Sequence record: OZ196593.1
Direction: 5' to 3' (one strand)
Length of the DNA: 64,000 nucleotides
Part shown: positions 1 to 8,394 of the stretch, in pieces
Position numbering within the stretch: position 1 is the stretch's first letter
How the letters are laid out: each line of letters begins with the position of its first letter
Position numbers and translations under genes: made by a program
Notes under the pieces: generated by a model
Database searches by the model: none
What the model was told of the DNA's origin: nothing
Seen by the model: only the letters and a program-made list of their open reading frames with translations

Positions 1-869
1 TCTTGATGCTTAGTGTTGCGCATAGCAGGTGCAATACGACTAGCAATAGTTTGCAAGTCAATTGGGATATCTAATGTACCAAGCGCGATACGAGCAACGT
101 CAGCCACTTCAGGCACACTATGATTCGCAGCGCCTTGCAAGCGTTCACGATATACACCGCGAGTTGCAGGGGTTAGAGCAGGCATCACCATTGGCGTGTT
201 CGGAACACGTTTCGCTGGTTTGTCTTCGATCCATTCAGCTTTCACTTCGTCGTGAAACTCTTCAAATCCTGGTACCATATCAGCCGTAACGATAATCGAG
301 CGTGCAGTCGCGATGTCTGGTTCTTTAGACATTTGAGCAGCTAGAATATTGATAGTCTTTTCTTCAGACTCAAGTAGCTTATCGGTATTGTATCCCGGTT
401 TGTTGATAACGAAGAAGCTGAAATCTTCAGCCATTTCATGATCGCCAACGTTTAGAATCTTAGTTGTTTCACAGCCGTAGCGTAGTTTCTTGAATAGCGT
501 TTTGATACGCATATCGAACATCTTGCCACTGCCTTTCTTTTGTACGCGCATTGATACAGCGTTTGCACGAACTTTCAGCATGAATTCTTGAACAAGTTTA
601 ACCAACGTTTCTTGGAACTTTTGTTGATCACCCATATCACGAATAGTTAATCCGCCTTTTTTACCGCGCATTGCAGTAACAGTACAGAACCAAGCGCGTT
701 TAGTACGGTCGCCTAGCCCCGATTTTGTTTTACTTGTAAACGTGACAACGACATCTTTGGTCTCACCAGCCATATCGATGACAAAGTAACGATTGACTTT
801 GGTCGAGCGAGCCGGGTAGTAGTTATAAGTTGAAGTTGCTGTCTCATTTAATTCTTGAAATCCAATCAT
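1..869 (-). CDS. alt: Alt-like head-packaged protein (ADP-ribosyltransferase family), N-terminal part; runs off window edge
   Basis: Not in ORF track because no stop in window. Manual translation from ATG 869: MIGFQELNETATSTYNYYP...KVRANAVSMRVQKKGSGKMFDMRIKTLFKKLR...FSFFVINKPG...KTINILAAQMSKE, resembling the T4 Alt N-terminal region; late promoter upstream. Catalytic domain not visible in window. Confidence 0.65.
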   Translation of the reverse strand, partial: MIGFQELNETATSTYNYYPARSTKVNRYFVIDMAGETKDVVVTFTSKTKSGLGDRTKRAWFCTVTAMRGKKGGLTIRDMGDQQKFQETLVKLVQEFMLKVRANAVSMRVQKKGSGKMFDMRIKTLFKKLRYGCETTKILNVGDHEMAEDFSFFVINKPGYNTDKLLESEEKTINILAAQMSKEPDIATARSIIVTADMVPGFEEFHDEVKAEWIEDKPAKRVPNTPMVMPALTPATRGVYRERLQGAANHSVPEVADVARIALGTLDIPIDLQTIASRIAPAMRNTKHQ

Positions 870-901
870 TTTTTAGACTCGCCTTATTGAAAATATACCT
901 G

Positions 902-909
902 TATTTATG
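902..909 (-). promoter_or_regulatory. T4-type late promoter (CATAAATA) for alt-like gene
   Basis: Minus-strand CATAAATA about 30 nt upstream of ATG 869; T4 late consensus TATAAATA. Confidence 0.7.
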
Positions 910-960
910 AGAGTGCATTAACACCCATCTAGAACTATTTAAACTTTTTTACGAAAGTGG

Positions 961-1008
961 TTGCATCGAATTCAAAATACGCCTAATATCTCTACATCGA
1001 AACGAAAC
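961..1008 (+). promoter_or_regulatory. Early sigma70-type promoter plus ATCGAAACGAAAC +1 motif
   Basis: TTGCAT-17 bp-TAATAT, motif at 996-1008. Confidence 0.8.
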
Positions 1009-1032
1009 ACACTAATCACAAGAGAGAAAATT

Positions 1033-1551
1033 ATGACTAAACTTAACGCTCAGACTGCTACTAACGCTCAAATCGCTGAATTCTACGGTATGACTCTTGA
1101 TCCGTCGGGTATGCCTTACGCACTTGACGCGAAATCACGTCGTCATTACATCACTGATTTGCGTTCAAAGTTTCGTAAAGAAGCAGCTAAGAAGACTTCA
1201 CGCAAAGTAGCTACTGCGACTCGTAAAATTGAATTACCAAGCGCAGAAGAGCATTTAGCGATGCTGAACACTGATTTCACTGAACATCAATGGTTCATTC
1301 GCGAATCTCAGCCGGGTCTTGATATCTCAGAACTTGGTTTACGCTTCTACTTCATCGGTGGTGCTAACATTCATCAACTGAACATTCGCACAAAACACTT
1401 CTCAAACAAAGAGTTAGAGAATTTCTATGCGAACAAGAAGATTCTGAAAGGTCACAAGGGTACTGGTTCAGTCACAATTGGCTCTCTTTCATACGAAGAA
1501 GTTGTTCAAATCGCACAAGATATGATTGAAAAGTCAGAAAGTGTGATTTAA
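1033..1551 (+). CDS. Hypothetical early protein
   Basis: ORF; true start ATG 1033 after GAGAGAAAATT (ORF track start 961 lies in the promoter). Confidence 0.8.
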   Translation: MTKLNAQTATNAQIAEFYGMTLDPSGMPYALDAKSRRHYITDLRSKFRKEAAKKTSRKVATATRKIELPSAEEHLAMLNTDFTEHQWFIRESQPGLDISELGLRFYFIGGANIHQLNIRTKHFSNKELENFYANKKILKGHKGTGSVTIGSLSYEEVVQIAQDMIEKSESVI

Positions 1552-1570
1552 GTCACGAAAAAGAAGTGTT

Positions 1571-1605
1571 CGGGTATTGACAGTAACATCGAAATACCCG
1601 ATAAT
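1571..1605 (+). promoter_or_regulatory. Early promoter within an inverted repeat
   Basis: TTGACA(1577)-17-GATAAT; CGGGTATT...AATACCCG inverted repeat. Confidence 0.7.
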
Positions 1606-1650
1606 AAACACATCAAGACGACATAGACAACTACTTAAAGAGAGAACATT

Positions 1651-2469
1651 ATGACTATCACTAAAATTCAAATCGAAACTATCGCACAAGACTTAATGAG
1701 CGGCAACAACGCAATGGGACGCGACCTTATTTCTGAAGGTTGGACATTCGGTTGGTCAACTCGTAAAGCTGCACTTGGTGATTGTTCTTACCGTGACCGT
1801 CATCTTCGTCTTTCTTCAGTGTTTCTAAATGCACGTACGCTAGATGAGCAAATCAACACAATCACACACGAAATGGCTCACGCTATCGCATGGACTGATT
1901 TCAACGAGCGTGGTCACGGTGCAACTTGGAAACGTGTTCATCGTCAACTAGGTGGTACTGCGGAACGTTGTTCTTCAGTTTCTAACCCTGACGCTCTTCC
2001 TGATGCAAAATACACTGTGTTTTTCATCAACGCAAACGACGAAATCGAAGTTGTTCAAACTACAGACCGTCGCACTAAGAAATTTCAACCACAATACATC
2101 AAGTCAATCTACTTGCGTGGTCGTAAGTCTGAGACTGAAGGTAAAATTCGTTGTGTAGCAACTGCGACATTCAACGCAATCAAAGCTGACTTAGAAGCTT
2201 CTAAAGAGCCTAAAGCTGAAGTTGCACCTGCTCCAGTAGCTGCTCCTAAGAAAGAAGAGAAAGCAGCACCTGCACCTGCTAAGAAAGTAACTGCACGTGG
2301 TGAAGCAGCTCGTGGTCAAATCGCTGCTAAAGCAATCGCAACGCTTGATTTCACTGACGTATCATTTGAACAACGTGGCAAATACAAAGACTGGTACATT
2401 CTTGCAACTGTTAAAGGCGAGAAATTCGAACAGCGTCTAGACAGCTTCAAAAAGAAAAACAACTTTTAA
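1651..2469 (+). CDS. SprT-like zinc metalloprotease
   Basis: LGDCSY...LRLS...TITHEMAHAI...GHGATWKR (HExxH plus GHG..WK), Ala/Pro/Lys linker, C-terminal domain. Confidence 0.85.
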   Translation: MTITKIQIETIAQDLMSGNNAMGRDLISEGWTFGWSTRKAALGDCSYRDRHLRLSSVFLNARTLDEQINTITHEMAHAIAWTDFNERGHGATWKRVHRQLGGTAERCSSVSNPDALPDAKYTVFFINANDEIEVVQTTDRRTKKFQPQYIKSIYLRGRKSETEGKIRCVATATFNAIKADLEASKEPKAEVAPAPVAAPKKEEKAAPAPAKKVTARGEAARGQIAAKAIATLDFTDVSFEQRGKYKDWYILATVKGEKFEQRLDSFKKKNNF

Positions 2470-2487
2470 GATTTACGAGTAGAGCAT

Positions 2488-2508
2488 AGCCCCGAAAGGG
2501 GCTTTTTT
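2488..2508 (+). terminator. Intrinsic terminator
   Basis: AGCCCC-GAAA-GGGGCT followed by T-run. Confidence 0.9.
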
Positions 2509-2525
2509 AGGTTTGAGCGGAATTA

Positions 2526-2570
2526 TTCCGTCTCATCTTAGTAGTATTAGTGATCTTCGAGATATTCGAG
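2526..2570. repeat. 45-bp intergenic repeat, copy 1
   Basis: TTCCGTCTCATCTTAGTAGTATTAGTGATCTTCGAGATATTCGAG identical to 46910-46954. Confidence 0.95.
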
Positions 2571-2586
2571 TAATTAGGGGTATTAG

Positions 2587-2615
2587 TTTAGAACCACCGC
2601 GAATCGTCGTATAAT
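2587..2615 (+). promoter_or_regulatory. GTTTA-class early promoter
   Basis: (G)TTTAGA-17-TATAAT. Confidence 0.75.
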
Positions 2616-2633
2616 ACACGTCGAGGTGATGAA

Positions 2634-2876
2634 ATGATAACAATCTACACAATTCCTAACTGTGACGGTTGCCGACATGCAATCGCACTCTGTAAGTTCA
2701 AGAAAATCCCTTTCGAAGAAATATCCTTAGATTCTCAGTCTAAAATCGATGCACTTCATCAACGTCTTGGCGGCAATCGAAACATTCGAGTCCCGTTAGC
2801 TGTTGACTCTGACGACACGTATATCGGTCACTTACCAGAGCTTAAACAGTACGTTGATAGCAAGCTGTATAAATAG
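2634..2876 (+). CDS. Glutaredoxin
   Basis: 80 aa, TIYTIPNCDGC (CxxC), VP motif, YIG. Confidence 0.9.
   Translation: MITIYTIPNCDGCRHAIALCKFKKIPFEEISLDSQSKIDALHQRLGGNRNIRVPLAVDSDDTYIGHLPELKQYVDSKLYK
2868..2875 (+). promoter_or_regulatory. Late promoter TATAAATA
   Basis: Perfect T4 late consensus upstream of capsid-family gene. Confidence 0.9.
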
Positions 2877-2933
2877 AAGAAACACGCAAATACTCTCCGC
2901 TGAAATGCGGCAATAAATTAAAGGAACGAACAA

Positions 2934-3833
2934 ATGACTGTATCTATCGGTAACGGTTTACCAGACATTGTTACAGTTCAGAAACGACTATATCCGCTTA
3001 TCTTTACGGAAATTGTGTCTGAACAACCAACAAAACAGCCAATCGCGACTGCGTACGGCTTTAAAGCTATCAAAGACACTGACGATTCAAGTGGCTGGGA
3101 GCAGTGGAAATTCTCGCTTGACCGTTGGTCTGCGACTGCCGAAGCAACAAAGCTAAAAACTGATATCTCTCTTGAAGCAATTCAAGACATGGAAGCACTT
3201 GGGCTTGGCACTGACTTAATCGTTGACTCACTAGCTGATCAAGCGGCAGATGACATCAACACGAATATCATCACTGCACTGAACGCGATTTCAACGCTTG
3301 GCACTGCGGTTAGCGTTAACTCAACAACTGGTAAATTCAACAAAGGTCGTGAGCTGTATGCTCTTGCACACGTCGAAGCTGCTAAACTTGAAAAAGAGAC
3401 TGGTTGCCAGGGTTCGTACATCGTAGCAGGCGGAGAGACATTTGGTCTAATCGTTGGTTCTGGTATGGCGAAACGCATTGGTGAATCGAACGTTTATAAA
3501 TTAGACTCTGGTCTTAAACTTGTTCATGACAAGTACGCAACGTCTGAATACTTCACGGTTGGCGTTAAGAAAGAAATGTCTGATTTCGAAATCTCAAGTC
3601 TGATCTTCAGCCCGTACAATTTCGATGGCGAAACTGGTGGCGGTATTGCTTATCAGCACGAAGGGCAAGACCCTAAGACATTCAACCCAATCTTCGCGAT
3701 TATCGCACGATACGCACTGACAGTTGCACCGCTTGAATCTGATCAAACGGGCGCTAGTGATATCGATTGGGACGATCTTGGTGACAAGGCTAACAGTTCT
3801 AAGCTATCAGCAACATTTGCCGTAACGCTATAG
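2934..3833 (+). CDS. gp24: Capsid vertex protein gp24-like (short gp23/gp24 family member)
   Basis: EIVSEQPTKQP...KFSLDRWSATAEATKLKTDISLEAIQDM...DDINTNII aligns with gp23/gp24 core; late promoter. Confidence 0.75.
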   Translation: MTVSIGNGLPDIVTVQKRLYPLIFTEIVSEQPTKQPIATAYGFKAIKDTDDSSGWEQWKFSLDRWSATAEATKLKTDISLEAIQDMEALGLGTDLIVDSLADQAADDINTNIITALNAISTLGTAVSVNSTTGKFNKGRELYALAHVEAAKLEKETGCQGSYIVAGGETFGLIVGSGMAKRIGESNVYKLDSGLKLVHDKYATSEYFTVGVKKEMSDFEISSLIFSPYNFDGETGGGIAYQHEGQDPKTFNPIFAIIARYALTVAPLESDQTGASDIDWDDLGDKANSSKLSATFAVTL

Positions 3834-3841
3834 GGTGACAC

Positions 3842-4363
3842 ATGAAAACACATTATGTAGATAATAAAGCTCTATACGCATCGATTTGCGAATGGAAAGA
3901 AGAAATGAAGAACGCTGAAGAAGGCGTTTTCGTGCCAGTCCCTGATTTCGTGGCAATTAGTATCATGAAAATCAGCGAGAACTTGACTCGTCGTTACAAC
4001 TTTAGCAATTACACGCAGCCGTGGAAAGAAGAAATGGTTGGTGATGCGATTGAGCATTGCTTACGCTACGTGAAGAACTTCGACACTGAGCGATTCAAAA
4101 ACCCACACGCGTATATCACTCGTATCTGTTTCAATGCATTCGTGCAGCGTATTAAGAAAGAACGCCAAGATACAGCGATTAAATATAAAGTATTCTTGTC
4201 AGATTCGTCAAACTACACCGTTGAGGGTGAAGACGTTGATTTCGACTTCATGCAGCAAATGCTAGAACGCGTGAACTCATTCGACGAATCTCGCAAATCA
4301 AACAAATCTGAATCTGCCCCTAGCAAGAAAGACGATTCGAACTTACAAAAATTTTACGATTAA
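3842..4363 (+). CDS. gp55: Late transcription sigma factor gp55
   Basis: HYVDNKALY...NFSNYTQPWKEEMVGDAIE...NFDTERFKNPHAYITRICFNAFVQRIKKE. Confidence 0.97.
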   Translation: MKTHYVDNKALYASICEWKEEMKNAEEGVFVPVPDFVAISIMKISENLTRRYNFSNYTQPWKEEMVGDAIEHCLRYVKNFDTERFKNPHAYITRICFNAFVQRIKKERQDTAIKYKVFLSDSSNYTVEGEDVDFDFMQQMLERVNSFDESRKSNKSESAPSKKDDSNLQKFYD

Positions 4364-4372
4364 GGAATTAAC

Positions 4373-5809
4373 ATGTTAGGTACCTTTGACTCATTTCTGA
4401 GTGAAAATCGCCGTCAAACTCAGGGTGGTAAAATCTACCCTAAGTTTGGTCAAGTATTTGTTGAGCTAGGCACAGCTTCTACCGACTTCAGCAAAGAAAA
4501 AGGCGTTGAAACAACTATCGGTATGATGGAAAAAGCGAATGAGCTTAAATCTATCATGCAATCTAAACTATTCGAAGACAGCAACGTTGATCACACTAAA
4601 TTCGACATGAATCTAAGTGAAAACGTTTCAGTTATCAACTTGCTAATGGAAGAAGAATTCCTAGCATGTGAGCCGACTGAACTTGCGCAACTAAAGTCGA
4701 TGACCACTGTGTCTGAAGCTCGTATGCCAAGTCTTGTCGTGAAAGGCGGTGAACTTACGACTATCGTTAGCGAAGCAACTAAGCTTGGTTACAAAAAGTC
4801 TGATATTCACGTGATCTTCCCGATGACTGAAATGAAAATCGAACTTGCTGACAGTGACAAGCTAGTGGTTGAGGCACTATCGTTTGATGGTCGTACAGCT
4901 ACTGAGATTCTAGCAATGGGTTCACGCATTCAACTTGGCGACGTTTACGTAGTGAGCGAGTCCGTTGAGTCGAACGCTGACGTGCTAGGTCTTGAAGAGA
5001 TTCGCATCAATCGCATGACGCTTGGCGCTCTTAACCGTCACGTTATGAACTGCTTCGTTGTTAAAGAAGCGGCTGAAACGTCATACGCGCACGCTGCGGT
5101 TAAAGAAATCACTGATCGCCCTGCGCTATCAGGCTTCAAAGCATACGATTTGAAACCAAACGTGACTATGCTTGAACATGCACAAAACGCATTCTCAAAA
5201 GACATTGCTAAAGCTCCGCTTTCTGCAACTGCATGGGAAAAGCTTGTTGATGTGAAAGAAGTGTATTTCGACAATGGTTGGAAACTGAAGCACAACAACA
5301 CAAGTCTTGTTCTAACAAACGCTGAAAACGCTATGCGTCATGGTCGTGTTTGTGAAGAATATCGCGTGCAACTGTCTGAAGCAGGCTATCCGCTTCTTGA
5401 TATGATCGCGATGATGGAACGCAATGAAGAAATTCGTTGGGACTGTGCTTCGTTTGCTAAACATATGATGAAATTCGACGGTGCTATCACCCCAGAACGT
5501 CAATCTGTGACAGCATTTACGACTGAATCCGCTTCTAATCGCGTATTCCACCCGCATGTGATGTCTGACCTACGTCCAGTTACTGAAGCGGCAGACGACG
5601 TTGACAGCTTGATTCGTGCTATCGCGAATGATCAGTTCAGTTCATTCAAGATCAGTCAAGCATTCTCTGAGCAGATGCTAGACCAAGAAACGCTTTACTC
5701 TATGATGGAATCAATCGTTTCTGAAGGCATCGACGTAGACGCTGATGGTGATTTGATTACTTTCAAAGTGAACGCGACTCAGTACCACATCAAACTAGAT
5801 ATTAAGTAG
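4373..5809 (+). CDS. Putative head-packaged protein (478 aa), possible degenerate P-loop kinase N-domain
   Basis: N-terminus MLGTFDSFLSE; many hydrophobic-x-E-A/S motifs; YPKFGQV...LGYKKSDIHV recalls a phage P-loop kinase family but Walker A is eroded. Confidence 0.5.
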   Translation: MLGTFDSFLSENRRQTQGGKIYPKFGQVFVELGTASTDFSKEKGVETTIGMMEKANELKSIMQSKLFEDSNVDHTKFDMNLSENVSVINLLMEEEFLACEPTELAQLKSMTTVSEARMPSLVVKGGELTTIVSEATKLGYKKSDIHVIFPMTEMKIELADSDKLVVEALSFDGRTATEILAMGSRIQLGDVYVVSESVESNADVLGLEEIRINRMTLGALNRHVMNCFVVKEAAETSYAHAAVKEITDRPALSGFKAYDLKPNVTMLEHAQNAFSKDIAKAPLSATAWEKLVDVKEVYFDNGWKLKHNNTSLVLTNAENAMRHGRVCEEYRVQLSEAGYPLLDMIAMMERNEEIRWDCASFAKHMMKFDGAITPERQSVTAFTTESASNRVFHPHVMSDLRPVTEAADDVDSLIRAIANDQFSSFKISQAFSEQMLDQETLYSMMESIVSEGIDVDADGDLITFKVNATQYHIKLDIK

Positions 5810-5815
5810 GGTCAA

Positions 5816-6466
5816 ATGGCTAAATCATTAAACGATTTTCTGACTGAAGTTCAGAAATATAGCTCGGCAGCTACATCTATTCGCGGTAAAGAAGTTGCCG
5901 CGTTGGTTAAACTGTTCAAAGCGGGCATGTTTGTACCGAGTGGTACTGCATTAGATTACGGTGCGGGTAAGTACGGTCGTAATGCTGAATACTTACGTGG
6001 CGAGGGTGTTCGCACTTACGCATACGACAAGTTCAACGGTACATCGGCAGACGGTTGGGTTGACGTGAGTCTAACAATCCCAGCGGGTCAAATGTTCGAT
6101 ACGTCGTTCACGTCGTACGTTCTGAACGTAGTTCCACAAGAAGTCGAAGCTGAAATCATTCGCGAGATTGAATCACTTACGACTGGTAAAGTGTTCCACA
6201 TTACACGTGGTTCTGACATCACTCAAACGGTATTCAACGTTATCAGTGGTAAGTCTAAGAACGCAGTGATGATGGAATTCCTTGAAACTGAGCAACCAGA
6301 TTTGTACGCTCAAGTTCAAGCAGGTGAAAACTTGAAAGCAGTAGCTAAAGAGATCGCGACTCGCGGTGTCGTTACAGCTAAAGACAGTTTCCAACGCATT
6401 CCTGACCTTTCTCAGTACGGTTACAAACGTTCTGGTTCTGGTGCATCGATGGTGTGGACAAAATAA
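5816..6466 (+). CDS. Class I SAM-dependent methyltransferase with capsid-targeting-like N-terminus
   Basis: ALDYGAGKYGRNAEYL (motif I), YAYDKF, FDTSFTSYVLNVV; N-terminus MAKSLNDFLTE. Confidence 0.8.
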   Translation: MAKSLNDFLTEVQKYSSAATSIRGKEVAALVKLFKAGMFVPSGTALDYGAGKYGRNAEYLRGEGVRTYAYDKFNGTSADGWVDVSLTIPAGQMFDTSFTSYVLNVVPQEVEAEIIREIESLTTGKVFHITRGSDITQTVFNVISGKSKNAVMMEFLETEQPDLYAQVQAGENLKAVAKEIATRGVVTAKDSFQRIPDLSQYGYKRSGSGASMVWTK

Positions 6467-6482
6467 TTTCGATTATTTCAAT

Positions 6483-6537
6483 AAAAGGGTTGCTTCGGCA
6501 ACCCTTTTTGCGTATTATAGCTATATCGAAACGAAAC
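6483..6537 (+). promoter_or_regulatory. Terminator/early-promoter hybrid (PeSL-like), copy 1
   Basis: AAAAGGGTTGC-TTCG-GCAACCCTTTT hairpin holding -35 TTGCTT, 17 bp, TATTAT, then ATCGAAACGAAAC. Confidence 0.9.
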
Positions 6538-6542
6538 GACTG

Positions 6543-6571
6543 TTTAATACGTCATCAATCTGTTTTATACT
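6543..6571 (+). promoter_or_regulatory. GTTTA-class early promoter
   Basis: (G)TTTAAT-17-TATACT. Confidence 0.75.
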
Positions 6572-6597
6572 ATGAATCTACTTGAGAGAACAATATT

Positions 6598-7044
6598 ATG
6601 ATCTATATTCAAACTAGCAACATCCTATCTGACGACACTCTTGGCTTTGCGCTTGGTGGTGCCCCTCGTCTCGATACTTTGCCAGAAAAAGAACGCAATA
6701 ATGTTCTTCTCAAAGCACTCGAAATCAAACTATATGAACGTCTGCCGTCAACTGCTGTATTCGATCATCTACTTCAAAACTCTATCCCGTTCATCGCGAT
6801 TCTGAGCGATATCGAAGAAATTGCTATGCAGCAATCGATTTGGTTCGAAGCAATTTCGAAGAACAAAGGTATCGATATCATGTACACTGCGATGTCTGAC
6901 GTTGAACACAGCGAAGACACGATGCTAATTGCTGAAGATCGCGACGCTCTAATTCGTCAAGGTCAAGCAGGTGGTCGTATTCTACCATTTAGCACAGAAA
7001 CGCAGATGCCATTCATCATCGAGACGCTTAACTTACCTCAATAA
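6598..7044 (+). CDS. Hypothetical protein
   Basis: ORF with GAGAGAAC SD-like leader. Confidence 0.8.
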   Translation: MIYIQTSNILSDDTLGFALGGAPRLDTLPEKERNNVLLKALEIKLYERLPSTAVFDHLLQNSIPFIAILSDIEEIAMQQSIWFEAISKNKGIDIMYTAMSDVEHSEDTMLIAEDRDALIRQGQAGGRILPFSTETQMPFIIETLNLPQ

Positions 7045-7053
7045 GGAATCATA

Positions 7054-7428
7054 ATGCAAGAACAGACACCATTAGCTCAAGACACTGACATCGGCGAAGC
7101 AGTCGCTGACCCTGAAGTTCTTGAGTATCTTGAAAAGCTAAAGCAGCATCGCCAAGAAACTATCGAACGCGAAGCTAATCGTCGCATCAAGAAAAACAAG
7201 CGTGAGATTAAACGTCTGCACAAACACGCTCAGGAATGTCTAATCAGTGACAATAAAGACGGTTACATTTATGCTATCGGTAAGCTGCGTAAACTAACTG
7301 GTCATGTTGTCGGTGATGATGTGCTTGAAACTCTATGGCAAACAAGTCGTGAGCAAGTACAAAAGATCGCTGCTTCATTCGCTGAAGCTCAAGCAAACTT
7401 GCCTGAAGGGCAAAATTTCAGTCAATAG
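7054..7428 (+). CDS. a-gt.4: T4 a-gt.4-like conserved protein
   Basis: KKNKREIKRLHKHAQECL...YIYAIGKLR matches a-gt.4; syntenic between gp55 and gp47. Confidence 0.75.
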   Translation: MQEQTPLAQDTDIGEAVADPEVLEYLEKLKQHRQETIEREANRRIKKNKREIKRLHKHAQECLISDNKDGYIYAIGKLRKLTGHVVGDDVLETLWQTSREQVQKIAASFAEAQANLPEGQNFSQ

Positions 7429-7435
7429 GTGATAC

Positions 7436-7891
7436 ATGAACATCAAGTCAGGCGCTGGTTATCCAGCCAGTGCTTTGTCTAACTTCGCACCTCATTCATT
7501 CACACTGGATGGGGTTGAATGCGCGTCTATGGAAGGGTTTCTTCAGTCTTTGAAGTTCAAAAACCCTGAAATGCAACGTGAAGTCTGCAAACTAGTAGGC
7601 AAAGTTGCTAAAGCACGCGGTGCAAAGAAGAACTGGCAACGCACTCAAACTCTATATTGGCAAGGTGTGCCGATTCAACGTGCTTCTGATGGCTATCAGA
7701 CGTTGCTTGATGATGCATACGCTGCATTAGCTCAGAACGAGAAATTCAAGCGTGCATTACTCGCGACTGGTAAAGCTACTCTTACTCACTCTATCGGGCG
7801 TAAGAAGCAATCTGAGACGGTTCTAACGGTACAAGAGTTCTGTAGTCGTCTAACTGACATTCGCGACTTTCTTCAAGGGGTAGAATCATGA
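7436..7891 (+). CDS. 30.3: NADAR-family protein (T4 30.3-like)
   Basis: ALSNFAPHSFTLDGVECASMEGFLQSLKF...LYWQG...FKRALLAT...LTH. Confidence 0.85.
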   Translation: MNIKSGAGYPASALSNFAPHSFTLDGVECASMEGFLQSLKFKNPEMQREVCKLVGKVAKARGAKKNWQRTQTLYWQGVPIQRASDGYQTLLDDAYAALAQNEKFKRALLATGKATLTHSIGRKKQSETVLTVQEFCSRLTDIRDFLQGVES

Positions 7892-8394
7892 GAATGACAA
7901 ATCTTCGATTAGCCTTGAATTCAGTGTTTAAATCGCGTAAAGAAAAGCCTATTCTATATCTCGACATGGACAATGTACTCGTTGATTTTCAGAGTGGTAT
8001 TGATTCTCTCTCAATGTGGGAAAAGCATCAATATGATGGCAAATACGACGAATGTCCGGGAATCTTCGCGAACATGAAACCGTATGCAGGTGCTGTTGCA
8101 GCGTTTCTAGCACTGTCTGATCACTTTGACGTGTATATTCTGTCAACTGCTCCGTGGGAAAACCCGGGTGCATGGCAAGATAAGCGCAATTGGGTTCAGC
8201 GTTATCTAGGTGAACGCGCTCATAAGCGTTTGATTCTGTCGCATAACAAAAATCTGAACTTCGGTCATTATCTCGTCGATGATCGCACCGCGAATGGTGC
8301 AGGCGAGTTCATGGGCGAACATATTCACTTTGGCACTGACAAATTCCCTGATTGGTCGTCTGTTGTGTCATATCTTTTGAAGGAAATAGAATGA
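7888..8394 (+). CDS. 5'(3')-deoxyribonucleotidase, HAD family
   Basis: LYLDMDNVLVDF, ILSTAPW, DKRNWV, LILSHNKNL, LVDDR. Confidence 0.9.
   Translation: MRMTNLRLALNSVFKSRKEKPILYLDMDNVLVDFQSGIDSLSMWEKHQYDGKYDECPGIFANMKPYAGAVAAFLALSDHFDVYILSTAPWENPGAWQDKRNWVQRYLGERAHKRLILSHNKNLNFGHYLVDDRTANGAGEFMGEHIHFGTDKFPDWSSVVSYLLKEIE

Noticed and set aside
62-289. 75-aa plus-strand ORF in the track
   Set aside because: Shadow of the minus-strand alt-like gene; no SD or promoter support.
2526-2570. 45-bp repeat as a promoter
   Set aside because: No -35/-10 pair at correct spacing and no late TAAATA box on either strand; separate promoters lie downstream of both copies.
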